A stretch of DNA of 64,000 bases from Octopus bimaculoides (GCF_001194135.2 NC_068995.1:56459860-56523859); one strand, 5' to 3'; shown: positions 24,996-37,519, numbered from the stretch's first letter. Numbers and translations are program-made. The notes: generated from the sequence alone by a model not told the origin.

Positions 24996-25557
24996 ATCAT
25001 CTTCTCTGTAGAGGGATTCCTTCATGGTCTTTTACTACGGATATTTCTCTGCTAATTTCTACATCATTTATTTTTAAGGAACTGCCTCAACTTCAGATCT
25101 GAGTTCAATGCAAGTGGAATTCTTGCAATCGTTCCACTGTACCTCTAAGGATTGATTTACTGTTTTTACATTCCACAATGACAAGGAACAGGTTTTTCAT
25201 ACAAGTTAGAGAGCTAGTGTGCAGTAATAATAATTACCTATTTAATTTGTTTAGTGTATACTTAGCAGTCCCTTGCTACCTTTACTTCTTAGAATACAGA
25301 TGTTGAATGTCTAATTTGTTATAGTATGTGATGCTTTTTAATAGATTCCTGGTGCTTTGATCTTTTATGTCACTAATTCTGTCAAATTCCTGTCCAATAC
25401 TATAAAGCCATATGCTGTTTGATATAGCTATGTTTGATAATTTCATTAAAATTCTTCCAAATTACTCATTCTTTATTTTTATTTTTCATTGCTTTTATAT
25501 ATATTTGTGCCAAAGTAATGGTAAATTGAAAATTATTCGTAGAACTCGTAAGTCCAC

Positions 25558-25641
25558 TTATTTTTGTATTTTCATTAGCATTTGCCTTGCAGCTTTGGCT
25601 AGCTCCTGTGGTGCCTGAGTGAAACCTTGAATGAAGCCGAT
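25558..25641 (-). CDS. Candidate terminal exon IGFIQGFTQAPQELAKAARQMLMKIQK*
   Basis: atatag| acceptor, phase 0, protein-like composition, AATAAA motifs ~80 nt after the stop. Confidence 0.33.
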   Translation of the reverse strand: MGFIQGFTQAPQELAKAARQMLMKIQK

Positions 25642-25744
25642 CTATATTCCGTTTGCAAAGACAGTAAATAATTGTACTGGAGATTCATTACCATAAAGAT
25701 ATTTACATTACGAAGCAATGTTATAAAGAATCTTTATTTTTTGC

Positions 25745-26078
25745 TTTTACTTGTTTCACTCATTGGGGCACCACCTTCAAGGATTTCTCAATGAAGGAAT
25801 TGAACCCTGTACTTTTTTTTTAAAAGCCTGATACTTATTCTATCAGTCTCTTAAATAGGGATGTGAATAAATCAACACTTGGCGATTGGGAACAAACACA
25901 AAGACAAACACTCACACACATATGTTTGTGAGTATACAACAAGCTTCTTTTAGTTTCTGTCCATCAAACCCACCCACAAGGCTTTGGTTGTCCAGCAGAT
26001 ACTTGCCCAAGGATTCACACATTGAGAATGAACCTGAAACCTTGCAGTTCGGAAGCAAACTTCTTAGTACATAGAAAT
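25745..26078 (-). mobile_element. SINE family A
   Basis: Tail plus head on minus; followed by a plus-strand tail fragment at ~26100-26230. Confidence 0.8.
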
Positions 26079-27815
26079 GCTTATGCCTATATATAAATTA
26101 TCCCTGTAACCTAGCAGTTCAGCAAAAGGGGGTGACAGAATAAGTAGCAAACTTATAATAAGTACAGGGATTGATCCGTTCAACTAAAATTCTTCAAAAT
26201 GGTGCCCCAGAATAGCCGCAGACCAAGTATGAAAATATTTTACAGAGTTTTTTCTTATGTTTTAAGAACATGAATTTTGTGTCTTTTAAAATCTATCAAG
26301 TTTGAAAGTGGTCAGAAATAAACACTTGTATTTGAATGTTAAAATAATTTTACAATCAAACTAAGATATATATTTCAGAAATGTGTAAGATATTGTGTAT
26401 GAGAAGCATTTGCAAAGATCAAGAAACAGATAAGCAGACATACATTTACTGGAAATACTTTTAGAAGTATTCAAAATACATTAGAAAGAAAATAAATTTA
26501 TGGTTTAATTTAGTATATATGTTTGTGTATTAATTTGTGTGCTTATATCTGTTTTATTGGAAAAAAATGAGTATTTCTTTTCTAGAGAGTTATATGTATT
26601 TAGACAATAATTACATAAAGAATGCAGATTTCTATGTTGTTGCTCAGACTCAATTAAAAAAAAAATTATATTTTAGAGATTGTTTTCAGAAAATTTCTGT
26701 TTCTTAAAAATTAACTTTTGTAATTTTTAATTTGACCTTCAAATTTTATTTATATGTGACTTTTTTTTTTTTACTTCCCTCCACAAAGACAAATCTTATC
26801 ACACTTTCCTTTGAATTTATTTAGATCTGTCAACATAAAAAAAAATTTCATCTTTTGTAACCTTATGAAATAATTTCAGTTCCTTAAAAATTCATTATTG
26901 AATTTTCATTTGTTTTTAAATTTAGATAATATTTTTATTTATTCACACCATAGATCACTTTTTTTTTTATTCATGTTCTTAAGTTTTTCTTAATTTCTAC
27001 TGCATTTCACACATTTAAATATAACTATTTATTCAATCTTTTGCTTGTATTAGTTTTTATTGCAATCATAATTTCAGTGAGCATTTTTTTTAATTTTTAA
27101 TTTTAATTTGTATTCATATATTGCTTTAATTTATTGAAGAGAAAGGGAAAAAATAGTTAAATAACATGAAAGAATGAAAGCAGTATATTTATCATTTTAC
27201 AAAATTATCCATCCATCAGTTACATCTTACAATATAGATGTATCTTTTCTATATCGCAAATGGGTTTTGGTAGAGTTTAATTTTTTTTGACAATGGTTAT
27301 TGAGGTGTTATATTAAAATATAAAAGAAGGAAACATGAGGGAGAAAAAAACCCAGTGAAATAGGTTTCAAATCCTGATTAAAGCAAGAATGTCATTTTAT
27401 TCAACAACATATATTTTGTTTGTGAGTCAGAGTTAGAGTATGATAACCATGTTTTAACAGAAAGAATATTGTAAGTTTTAGGTTTCAAAGCTATACAAAA
27501 CAAACTCCATATGTGTGTGTGTGTGTGTGTGTGCGTGTGTGAATGTGCGTGCTTGTGTATGTGTGTTGTGTGTGTGTGCTGTTTTACAAATAACACTTAT
27601 ACCAAACAAAAATAAAAAGAACACTTCAATTTACTTATTAATTATTAGATATGAATACTAATCACCCTCTATTTATTATAATTAACAACCAAGATAGAAA
27701 ATAGAAACAATAATTTCTTAGATTTAACATTTTTAGACAATATTCAAGGTTCTTATTTCTACGAACATTTATATATAGTGTTATTTATCTAAATACAACT
27801 GAAATATATGCTGAC

Positions 27816-27822
<7 letters not shown>

Positions 27823-27897
<75 letters not shown>
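27823..27897. repeat. Perfect (GA)n microsatellite
   Basis: Directly visible. Confidence 0.97.
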
Positions 27898-27900
<3 letters not shown>

Positions 27901-28351
27901 TGTATTGCTTTTCCAGACACTATTTCTTTTTTATTAATTTAAAATAATTAAAGTTGTTCATCTGAAAACCTAATTACATCACTTCTAAAATAAAATAAAA
28001 ATAAAATAAAAAAAAAATCTAGTGAAACCTATTTGCCAAAGAAAAATATTTAATTGCAACAAATTATTTTATAATTGCCCTGATTTGACTGGAGAACAAC
28101 AAAAACAATAACAAATTTTTTAAAAAATGCAACAAAAAATACAATAAACAACAATTCAATCATTCTAAAAGCAAGTTTACTTGAGACTTTGTAACTTTAA
28201 TTTAATATTTTTGGTTGTTTGAAAGTGACAGTTCATATATATATCAATAACTATTAGAATACAGGGATGGAACAGAATTTGTTAGACAGAAAATGGAATG
28301 ATCTGTTTCTTTGAAATTATCATAATTATTATCATTATTATTGATGTTATT

Positions 28352-28955
28352 GATGCGGTGAACTGGCAGAACTGTTAGGATGCTGGGCAAAATGCCTAGT
28401 GACATTTAGTCCATTTTTACGTTCTGAGTTCAAATTTTGTTGAGGTCGACTTTGCCTTCCATCCTTTTGGGATTGAGGAATTAGTATCAATTACATACTA
28501 AAGTTGATGTAATTGATTATCCACATCCTCTAAAATTTTACAAGATATGATTATTATTATAACTATTGGCATTAAAGTGGCAAGCTAGCAGAATCTGGGA
28601 CACAAGCTAGCAGAATCCAGGACACAAAGCTGAGTGCATTTCTCTCAGTTTCATGTTCTGCCAAGGTTGACTTTGTCTTTCATCCTTTCAGGGTCAATAA
28701 ATTAAGTACCAGTCAAGCATTGGGGGGGGGGGGTCCATTGTAATCAACTATCTCCCTCCCTAAACGTGGTGAACTGGCAGAACCTTTAGCATTGCCAAAC
28801 AAAATGCTTGCTGGCATTTTGTCTGTCATTACTTTTTGAGTTCAAATTGTGCCGAGGTCTTTACCTTTTACCTTTTTGAGGTTGATGAAATAAGTACCAG
28901 TGAAACACTGGGGTCGATGCAATCAAATAGTCCTCTCTCCCAAATTTCAGGCCTT
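28352..28955 (+). mobile_element. Three tandem family B SINE copies
   Basis: Heads gcggtgaactggcagaa (28355), gtggcaagctagcagaa (28577), gtggtgaactggcagaa (28767), each with the family core. Confidence 0.82.
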
Positions 28956-29049
28956 CAGTTGTTGGACTGTGACCATGCTGAGGCACCACCTAGGAAGGTC
29001 TTAGTTGAATAGATTGACACTTTGTTGCATATATCTAGGCTATGTTTGG

Positions 29050-29270
29050 TTAAACCATTCAGCATTTAGATAATTCTGTCAAGTATAATGTTTATTTACT
29101 AACATTAGTTTAAATTAATCACCTCATTATAATCTCGTAGCTTTGAGATTATAATGAGGTGATTGTTTACTTTTAAAATGACATTGTGTAAGAAGTCAGA
29201 TCAGACCACTTTGAACATAAAAACACATAAAATATTTGGGCCTGAAATAAATGGATTAAATACTAAAATG
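29050..29270 (+). mobile_element. TTAA-ended MITE (piggyBac-like), copy 2
   Basis: Starts ttaaaccattcagcatttag, ends ttaaatactaaaat; similar to 8730-8925. Confidence 0.6.
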
Positions 29271-30183
29271 TCATATGTACAAATTTTGGTCTTCTTTCAC
29301 TTTCTTTTTTTTTTGGGGGGGGGGGTCACATTTTAACACTTTTGCTCTCAGAATAAAATCTAAATGAATGAGACAGATGAAGAAATGGATTTTTTCCAAG
29401 CACAGACTCTAATCCCTTTGGAAGAATGGGTTTCATGAAACAAGGGTTAAAATTTTACAACAATTCGTCAAATATTCAACCATGAAAATAACTTTTGTTA
29501 ACTGAATGTTTAGGAAAATTAATTCAAATTTTAAATATATATATATATATAAAACTGCCAAAAAAAAACAAAAGAAATAACAATAAATTTTATTTAATGC
29601 TTGCTTAAAAAATGGCAATAATGGTGATTACTATAAAATGGCAATTATGGTGATTATTTCAAATGGAATAAAAAAAAAAGAAGAAAGGTTTGCATAATCT
29701 ATTTAATCTGTTTTGAATTTTCAATGAATAATTTGCAAACTGTTTACATCAGTCTCTAAAAATTTAAATATAACTTTTGATTAACAAATCAAGTCTAATA
29801 TAGTCAACAAGAACTACAGCTATAAAAGAGGATGGAGTGAAAAAAATCAAAATAAAAAACAAAAATAGAAAATACACAAAATTTTAAATAAACAATATAT
29901 TCCATTTAACCCTACAGCATCCACCATTTATTGTACACTATTTCGGTCTCAAAGAGCAACGAATAGAAATAATCAGAACATTTCATCTTCTTCTTCAATG
30001 ATATCATTACAATATTTACCATAATACAGTGGAATTTTCTAGAGAATTTTTATCAAAATACTTTATGCTATATTTTCAAAGAAGTGAAATTTTCAAAGCA
30101 TAATTATGCTTCATTTCATCAAAAATTTTGGGCAGATTTCTTTTCTTTAATTCATTGAAAGAAATAGATGATAGGTTACTTAC

Positions 30184-30208
30184 AGTCAAACAAAATGATT
30201 CCACTCAC
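30184..30208 (-). CDS. Candidate 25-nt microexon VSGIILFD, or a dual acceptor/donor site
   Basis: Strong acceptor cctctctttttcag| and strong donor ACT|GTAAGT; the exon itself starts GTGAGT. Confidence 0.4.
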
Positions 30209-30327
30209 CTGAAAAAGAGAGGAAAAAATGTAAGTACATTTAAAATAAAAAGAACATTTAAAGAGTTCATCATAAAGAATAAAAAAAAAAAAAAAAGAAA
30301 TAGTCCTTTAATGTTTAAGTAACTTAC

Positions 30328-30396
30328 AATTTTTCCACATGATACTGTAGATGAAAAGCCAGTTATGAGCCAAACGAGAATGAGTTGTTGCATCAT
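30328..30396 (-). CDS. Candidate signal-peptide exon MMQQLILVWLITGFSSTVSCGKI
   Basis: ATG, hydrophobic core, small residues at -3/-1 (V-S-C), consensus donor ATT|GTAAGT, phase 0. Confidence 0.4.
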
Positions 30397-32139
30397 GCAA
30401 TAGTAAATAATATGAGCAAACTGAGCCACGAATATATCATCATCATCATCATTATCATTACTTTGATGTCAATGTTTCTACGCTTGTACGGATGGGATGC
30501 AATGTTTTGAAATAGCCAGATGCCCTTCCTGTCATCAAGCCTCAGGAAAAGTAATAGTTCTCTCTAGCTGGGAATGTCTTCACAGAAGATTGCATATGAA
30601 AGGCACTGCTTGTATGATGGTGACTTTCATTTACAACCATCATGCTATGTCATCTTTTTGAGGTCTACTTTTCCATGCTTGAATGGTTTCCTGAGACCAG
30701 GTGCTTTTCCTGTCTCCAACCCTCTCACCCAATTCCAAAAAGACAATCTTTCTCTTCTGACCAATAGACAGCTCAACGACCAGACATGTTTTTGCAGAAG
30801 ATTGCAAACAAATGGCAAAATTTTGTATGAATGGTGAATTTGTTTACAATCAATGCACAAATGTTAAGACAAAAAAGAAGATGCACACACACACACACAC
30901 ACATGATAGGCACTTACATGATAGGCTTCCTACATTATCCATCAATCAAATTCACTGAAAAGCACTGTTGGCTTGGAATATAGTAGAGGACACTTCCTCA
31001 ATGATGTGTACTACAGAACTGAACCTGAAACTACGTGGCTGTGAAGAAAACTTCTTTAATCAAACAGTTATGCCTGCTCCTAATTATAAATTCAAGTACT
31101 ATAAAAATCCATTCATTGCACATCAATGTATTCAGATTATAAAAGAACAACTTATAAATTCTATGTGTAATTAATTTTCTTTGCAACACAAAATAGAAAA
31201 AAAAAAAAGAAAGGAAAATGCAATGAATAAAAGAAAAATATGGCAAAAATGTAAAAGTAATTTTCATCTCATTAAAAGTGTAATTAGGAGACGTAAATGA
31301 GATAAGTCCTGCTCATTACTGAAAAGAAAAAAGAGAATAAAAACAATAATAAATAATTCCATCATACATTTACCACTGACTCTTTTACTCTCTCACAGAG
31401 ATAATATATGCAAATATATAAAAAAACCAATATGTGAATATACCAGAGTATTTTAAATGGGATGCAGGTTTCTTTTGAGTGAATTATTAAGTTAGCAAAG
31501 TGCAATAAGAGTCTTTTAGTTCCTGTTCTATTATGAAGATGTGGAATTATCACAGACATGATGTGGAGTTGCAGAATTGATTGTCATGTCATAAAGTACA
31601 GTTCCACATGATTTCAGGTTCGGTCTCACTACATGGTACCCTTAGTAAATATAATGTTGCCAATCAATGGACTGTGGCCATGCTGGAGCACCGCTTTGAA
31701 GAAGTTTGAATTGAATGAATTAGCCCCCAGTAGTTTATTTTGTAAGCCTGGTATCTATTCCATTGGTCTGTTTTGCCAAGCTGATGAGTTACAGGGATGT
31801 AAACAAACCAACACTGGTTATCAAATAGTCATGGGAGACAATCATAAACACAAAGACATCATTCCAAATACAGAGTTTATACACTGTATAAACTCTGTAT
31901 TTGGAACGACCAATTTCAAAGACTGCTGTAGTGATCAATAAAGATTCTCCTATTTTCCATCTTCTGTGTCTCTCATTAATCACATGCACACATTTATATA
32001 TGTGTAAGAGATGAAGACAGTGAAAACATTTAATCCAGAGTTAGAAATGAAGTATAGAGTATAGAAGAAGAGTATCTGAAGCAGGATGAGTAAAATGTTT
32101 ACTCAGAATTCATCCAAATGTAGAGTATATCTTTATCTT

Positions 32140-32460
32140 TCATTTATTTCAGTCATTGGATGGCAGCCAGTCTGGGGGAACCTCCTTGAAATGCTTTTAA
32201 TTTCAAAAATTGACCTTGGTACTTACATTTTTAAGTCTCGCACTTATTCTATGCCTTGCAATGTAAACAAACTAATACATGGTGTCAGGTGGTGGGGAGA
32301 GAAACACAAGGATACACACACACACACATGATGGTCTCCTACAAAATTCCTTATTACCAAATTCACTCACAAGGCATTGGTTGGCCCAGAGCCATAGTAG
32401 AATATATTTGCTCAAGTGGCTGCACAGTGAAACTGAACCCAAAGCTACAGCAGTTCTTAC
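32140..32460 (-). mobile_element. SINE family A, full length
   Basis: tttcagtcattggatggcagccagtctggg...gtgaaactgaaccc. Confidence 0.85.
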
Positions 32461-32957
32461 GTTGCCTCAACTGACAGTTTCCCACCACCACCAAAATGAT
32501 GTATTAGATACTCTTGTGTCAAGAATGAATTAAAACATTTTATTTACTTCTGTAAAAATATGATTCAAGATATGATTACACAACCAAATATGGTGTTGTG
32601 TTGACATGGTGTGTCTACTTCGTTTTGAAAATACGAAGCTTTTGTGAACAAAAGCAAGAACACAAGAAACATAATATTTCTATTTTCTTGTACATTACAA
32701 AATGTAACGAAGCAATTAAAGATTAAAAATTTCACTGTCTATCAAAATAAAGAAAAAAATCCCAGCTAATTGGTTGGCTAAAATTAGAACTAAATGCTAA
32801 AATGGATGGTGGCTGCTTCAATTTTTAACATTTTTACATGTCTACAACTGCAACTAGCTTTACTTCAGACAAACTACACAATGTCTTTTGAAACAGAAAT
32901 TCAAATTTAAAATTGAGAAACTGTATTGTGAAGATAAGTAAATATAGATAGATATAA

Positions 32958-33320
32958 GTGCAGGCACGGCTGTGTGGCTAGGAGCTTTGATTTGCAACCC
33001 AATGGTTTTGGGTTCAGTCTCACCACATGGCACCTAGGGCAAATGTCTTCTATTATAGCCTTGGGCTGAACAATGCCTGGGGAGTGAATTTGATGAATGG
33101 CAACTGTGTGTGAGTGTTTTTGCTACCCATCCCCACCGTCCTGCTGACAACCAGTGTTTGTTTGTTTACTTCCCCATAACTTGGCTGTTTAGCAAAAGAA
33201 ACCAAGAGAATAAGTACCAGGTTTAAAAAATAAGTATTGAGGTTGGTCTGTTCAACTAAAATCTTTCAAAGTGGTGCCTTGGCATGGCTGCAGTCCAATG
33301 ATTGGAAACAAGTCAAGAAA
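32958..33320 (+). mobile_element. SINE family A, full length
   Basis: gtgcaggcacggctgtgtggctaggag...ggcatggctgcagtccaatgattggaaacaag. Confidence 0.88.
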
Positions 33321-34055
33321 ACAAAAAAACAAAAGTATTGCAGCAAAAATGTGCTGTGTGGTGGCATTGTACCAATTTTACATGAATTTTTGTCTCAATT
33401 AAATAAAGAATGTAGGAATAAGTAAACAGAAAGTTGGAACATTTAAAAGCCTGATAGTTATGATGCAATGTTTCCAAAACAGCACCGTAACAAAACTATT
33501 ATAGAAGAAAGTCTCAGGAACCGAACAAACCTTTTTTTTCCAACAGACATATTCACTTCCAGTTTACAACCAAGTGATAGTTGCTGTTACCAAAATATGC
33601 AATGTTTAAATTTAGCTTAAAATATAACCACACTGAAAATATATAAGTGTATGTGAACTCTAAATTTACACTCATTGAAAAAGCACACGCCACATACAAC
33701 GGCTGAGCTGCGTATATTATTCATTAAAAGCAAAGCCAGAAAGGCTTGTACATTATAAAATTAAGTTAGGAACACTTAAACACAGTTTGATGAAATATGC
33801 TGTCAAGTAAAGACTTTGAAACACAAAACAATTTTCTTGAACAAATTAAATTTAAACTAAAAGCCAAATAAACTAAATTATTTTGATGTTATCTGATTCA
33901 ACTTAAAACTGTTTCTTTCTTATTCAAACCATCTCTTGTAATGTTCATTGCGGGTGCCAAATTGCTTGCTAAGTGTAATTTTCATCCAGAGCTCTATCAC
34001 ATTTAAAACAAAACTGCCAAATGATATTCTTTGAAGACACATCAAATCTAACCAG

Positions 34056-34298
34056 CTAATCACAGTTGAGCGGAAAAGATAAGCTCAATAAAAAGATGAT
34101 TATCATGTAGGCAATTGTAGAGAGCAACAAAACTGCCTGTTTACCAAGCCATTTGGTGAGGCTGTTGGGATAGCTATCTATAAAGGAAGCTTCACTACCA
34201 CTACCCAAGCCCAAACAAATACAGCAACAGGCCATGGCTTTCAGTATTTTAAAGGCAAGTTTGCAATCCCTACTATAAAGGAACCTGTTAGATAGACT
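34056..34298 (-). CDS. Candidate terminal exon encoding a hydrophobic membrane segment
   Basis: Strong acceptor ttttttctcttctgtcatttgcag|, open phase-0 frame SLSNRF...SLTKWLGKQAVLLLSTIAYMIIIFLLSLSFPLNCD*, then ~1.5 kb T-rich UTR-like sequence ending in AATAAA (32544-32539). Confidence 0.4.
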   Translation of the reverse strand, partial: SLSNRFLYSRDCKLAFKILKAMACCCICLGLGSGSEASFIDSYPNSLTKWLGKQAVLLLSTIAYMIIIFLLSLSFPLNCD

Positions 34299-36014
34299 CT
34301 GCAAATGACAGAAGAGAAAAAAGTGGCTTGGTTAGGGGACTAAGTCAGAAAGTCAGAAGAGGCAACCAAGACTTTTAGAACAAGCTATCATTAATCAGTA
34401 TTTACTGCAATTTTCAAACAATTCCAGATAAATTAGACAATGTTATATAGTTATGAGCTTTCTCTTGGATCACTGCCACATTTCAGAGTTGAACATAATT
34501 CTGTACTATTGATTACTTTTTATATTTAGTTCTCCTTCTCTTTCTCTGGCCTCCACTTCTCTCTCAATCATTATTGAAAGAGGAAGGCATAGTTTCCTCA
34601 TATTTCATTGGGTTGGATCCAACGTACTAGGAAGGTCACAGGAAAGCTCATTTATAATTGGTGTCTACTAGCACTGTTAATATCACAATGGCTTGTGTGG
34701 TTACCATTTATATAATGGTTTATTTAGAGTGGTGGTTACTCTCAGCTATGTTATTTGTAACAGCAGTATTATAATAACTAATATGAATATAATAAATAAT
34801 CCTAAGTATAAAATATTGGATTTTACTGAAGTTATTATCTAACATTATCTCCGTTTTATTATATAATAATAAACAATTTTGTGTTTTTTCATTTCAGACA
34901 AGAGGAAAAGAAAAAAAACAAAAACAAAATCAAACTTCCAATGACTCAAGAATGCTTATAAAGCAATTTGTGCCTACCAATAAAAACTTGTGACGGAAAT
35001 CTCAAGATGTATAGGCTAAGATAATGGAAGGAATATGGTTTCTACACACTCTCTAACAAAGATTAACAGAAAATATGTTAAATGATGTATTATTTGATTG
35101 AGAAACATAAATTAACAAACTGGAATTAGTTTTCCTCTCTTATACTAAATATTATTGCTTTGACAATTATCTTCCCTGGCAACTGGTAACGTCAATTAAA
35201 ATAGCTTTGCATGTTACTCATTTGAACAAATTTTACAGAAATCACAGAAGAAAATGAATGGCCTTTTAGATTCAATTATAAAGTTGCAGAGAAGTCTACT
35301 GAGTAGCTGTGGGTAAAGAGGGCTGACATTGCTGCTGTTGGGATCCAAGCTGGGACTTGATTTACCCTGGCTGAGCAAACTAGCCAATAGCGGTTGATGT
35401 TTAAAGTCCTGACCATGTTCCACGCTGGCATGGGTTGGACAGTTTGACAGAATCTGATGGGAATGAGGAAACCATGCTTCGATGTTGGCATGGGCATGCT
35501 TTCTACAGCTGGACGCCTTTGCTTTGTCAATTTATTTCATCTTTGAGATTTTCATTTTGGATTCCCTCTATTAATTAATATTATAGAGAATAATGTCATT
35601 CTGGAATCCAAATTAGACTAAATAAACCTTGGCAAAACAATCTCAATATTACACTGGGAATATTATTGGTGAATGGTTCTTGAAATGTAAGGAGAGATGT
35701 AAAAAATAAATAAATCAATCAAATGAGTTTTAAAAGCATGATTACTTCCTGTTATATAAGCAATCCCGAACATAGCAAGTAGAGATAGCAATAATACAAT
35801 GAACACAACATCTATAAAACAGAGTTTCCAACAAACCAAAGAAATTCTACAGACACAACTACAGTCAATTTAGTAGAAAATAACAGAAAACAAAGGTAAA
35901 AGGAAAATCCCCCAGAAATACAAATAAACATCACAAATAGTTTAGAAAAAAAAAAAAAAGAAGCCTGATAGAAGACATGAAAATATAAATTGAAGACATA
36001 AAGAGCAGACATAC

Positions 36015-36144
36015 CGAAAATAGCATCACAAATGAGAGCAGAAGAAAAATGAAGAAATAAAACAAAAAATAAGCTTGTAATACAACAAATTCTTGACGAT
36101 AAAATGAGGAAATAGATTTGACTTATGTAAATCAGATATGCCAT
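36015..36144 (-). CDS. Candidate N-terminal hydrophobic exon MAYLIYISQ...SLFFVLFLHFSSALICDAIF
   Basis: ATG with +4 G, donor TCG|GTATGT (phase 1), a few CpGs around the ATG. Confidence 0.28.
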
Positions 36145-37099
36145 GCGATAGCTGCTCGTATTATATGTAAATAGAAAGGAGACACAAGAAAATACCAAAT
36201 TAAGGAAGAATAAAAATACAGAAAGGTATTTTAAAATTAATTAGAATACAAAGGGAAGCTTTCATGACAGTTTTAGGCTTTCCCAGACTAGAAAGATTAA
36301 TGTGGTTAATGTTCAGTTTGAACTTCTGTACATTGACATGTGCAGGAGAAAGATGTGGTTAATGGAGTGAATTTCAGAGAATTGTAATTCTGGGGAAGAC
36401 TGGCTGTGTAAAAGAGTGTATTGCTAGTTCTAGGTGAGGCAAGGCAGGAGTACCCAACTATTGGGCAGGAAACCAGTACTGAGCAGGAGAATATTTGGTA
36501 CCAGACCATAGAGAAAGAGTAAATATTTTAAATTTTATTCCTATTTTGCTACAACAGTCTTTCACACTGTTTTTGCATTAAACAAGTATTATAAATGTAA
36601 TAATTGAATTATATATTATGACTTTATTGTGATTGAATATGCACATGGAGCCCTGGTCTGTGGAAAAATTGTCTTGCTTGACAATTGTGGTTCAAAAAAG
36701 GTTGATGACTGCTGAAGTAAGGCATGTTAGGCATAGGGATAATAATGGATTAGTAGGATTATCGAGTGGTGATGGTTGTATGTGGCTTTCTCATTTAAGA
36801 ACAATTACTCTTGTTGTAACAGTAAGATAAAAAAAAAAAGAATTAGGTGACAGCATGTCTGTGAGCCAGTGGTTGCCTTATGTTGGCATAAAGCTCTTAA
36901 CCAATAATTTAAACAGCCATCTTTTGGTTGCGAACTGAGAGATTTGCACAAACAGCAGAGATAAAAAAAATTAAACAAAGAGATATGGGAAAAAACATAG
37001 AAGTATAGAATTAAATAATAATATACATGATTACCACTAACTAGAAATTGTAAGAATTTCGCTAATGATATATATATGTAAAAAAAAAAAAAAAAGGAA

Positions 37100-37255
37100 G
37101 GCACAGGCATGGCTGTGGTAAGAAGTTTGCTTTCAAACACATTGTTCTGGGTTCAATCCCATTGCATGGTACCTTGGGCAAATGTTTTCTACTATAGCCT
37201 TGGGTCAAACAAAACCTTCTGAGTGGATTTGGTAGATGGAAACTGGAAGCCTATC
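37100..37255 (+). mobile_element. SINE family A head
   Basis: gcacaggcatggctgtggtaagaag...gatggaaactggaagcc. Confidence 0.85.
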
Positions 37256-37264
37256 ATCTATCTA

Positions 37265-37308
<44 letters not shown>

Positions 37309-37311
37309 TAG

Positions 37312-37512
37312 ATGATAGGCTGGATGTGTAATGTCAGTGTGCATACTCGACAGAGTGTAAGTGCCTTGAGAGAAAAGTTGAACCTAAGAAGCATCAGATG
37401 TGGTGGGCAAGGGAGACGACTGCGCTGGTATGGTCATGTGGTATGAATGGATGAGGATAGCTGTGTGAAAAAGTGCCACACCCTAGCAGTTGAGGGAAAC
37501 TGTGGAAGAGGT
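37312..37512 (+). mobile_element. RTE-clade LINE ORF2 C-terminal fragment
   Basis: Translates MIGWMCNVSVHTRQSVSALREKLNLRSIRCGGQGRRLRWYGHVV*MDEDSCVKKCHTLAVEGNCGRG; RLRWYGHVxRM is the RTE hallmark. Confidence 0.85.
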
Positions 37513-37519
37513 TATTCTT

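Noticed and set aside
24726-25025. Poly-Met and poly-Ile hydrophobic ORFs (also 3-206 and 40134-40502)
   Set aside because: (ATG)n/(ATT)n simple repeats.
32958-33040. tRNA-like A/B boxes
   Set aside because: SINE heads; no complete cloverleaf. I found no true tRNA, rRNA or snRNA gene in the window.
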